From NCBI GenBank assembly GCA_020632655.1, contig JACKFD010000001.1:611492-675491 (forward strand): a DNA stretch of 64,000 nt, in the 5' to 3' direction. Shown piece after piece: positions 63,590 to 64,000 of the stretch. The position numbers and the translations under genes are program-made. This stretch comes from Spirochaetaceae bacterium. Lineage in GTDB: Bacteria; Myxococcota_A; UBA9160; UBA4427. Each line of letters begins with the position of its first letter. Within the stretch, counting starts at the first letter, position 1. The notes below the pieces were generated by a model, which saw only the letters and a list, made by a program, of their open reading frames with translations, was not told where the DNA came from and did no database searches.

Positions 63590-64000
63590 TCCGCCCGCCG
63601 ACGAGCGGTCGGCCGAGCAGTCGTTCGACGAGGGTCTCGACCTGGGCTCGGGTCTCCTCGGGCGTGCCCGAGTTGTCGATCACGTGGTCCGCCATGGCGC
63701 GCTTCTCGTCGATCGGAAGCTGGGCGGCGATCCGGCGCTCGGCCTCGCCGCGCTCGCAGCCGTCCCGCTTCATCGTCCGCTCGACCTGGACCTCGGGCTC
63801 GACCCAGACGCAGACCGTCGCGTCGTAGTGCATGAGCGCGCCGCTCCCGCGCCCGCTCTTCCGCCCCTCGAAGAGCAGCGGAATGTCGAGCACGACGAGC
63901 GGCTCGCCGGCCGCGACCGCCGCCTCGGCCCGGCGCATCATCTCGGCGATCACGGGCGGGTGCACGATCTCGCCGAGGCGGGCCCGGGCCGTCTCGTCGC
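63567..64000 (-). CDS. coaE: Dephospho-CoA kinase, C-terminal part (N-terminus outside the window)
   Basis: IVHPPVIAEM...LVVLDIPLLFE...DATVCVWV..EVQVERTMKRDG....AERRIAAQLP motifs. The frame remains open to the window edge. The 3' end overlaps trpA by 23 bp (convergent). Confidence 0.8.
   Translation of the reverse strand, partial: DETARARLGEIVHPPVIAEMMRRAEAAVAAGEPLVVLDIPLLFEGRKSGRGSGALMHYDATVCVWVEPEVQVERTMKRDGCERGEAERRIAAQLPIDEKRAMADHVIDNSGTPEETRAQVETLVERLLGRPLVGGRISREAAP

Noticed and set aside
61354-63828. 824-aa plus-strand ORF overlapping trpB/trpA in another frame
   Set aside because: It is an Arg/Gly-rich out-of-frame translation.

Overview
High-GC (roughly 70%) bacterial chromosomal segment, densely coding, with no transposase, integrase, phage gene or CRISPR array that I can recognise. 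All calls come from reading the supplied translations for family motifs and synteny. No database search was run, and start codons are approximate. Content in order: (1) a type IV pilus (T4P) cluster, pilB(partial)-pilT-pilC-pilS-pilR, then a divergent atypical sigma-54-activator-like regulator and a small XRE regulator, then pilMNOPQ. (2) Shikimate genes (fused aroK-aroB, aroQ) interrupted by an acidic hypothetical and a Roadblock/LC7 (MglC-like) gene, followed by a ~1040-aa TPR protein (SgmX-like) and an ExeA/MshM-like ATPase. This layout suggests a Myxococcota-type lineage (inference). (3) tRNA-Gly(CCC), followed by mixed housekeeping and accessory genes: mprF, a mini pore-loop channel, serB, an MFS transporter, a NAD-kinase-like/Sir2/symporter chain, a pseudo-histidine-kinase sensor, greB, chaC-like, cvpA, queG, dcd, dtd, ccdA/tlpA and lptD. 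(4) A complete trpEGDCFBA operon and a partial coaE. The best candidates for undescribed biology are: (a) a minus-strand operon of a small membrane protein, a cNMP-binding Ser/Thr kinase and a ~980-aa acidic/coiled-coil protein ending in a degenerate SAM-methyltransferase-like fold; (b) a TPST/RaxST-like sulfotransferase followed by a 57-codon ORF with a Tyr in an acidic context; (c) a PilZ+cNMP dual second-messenger receptor placed divergently from an orphan exosortase that is translationally coupled to queG; (d) a regulator with a pseudo-receiver and no GAFTGA motif sitting where the pilin gene would be expected. Many very long alternate-frame or antisense ORFs in the track are high-GC artefacts and were rejected.
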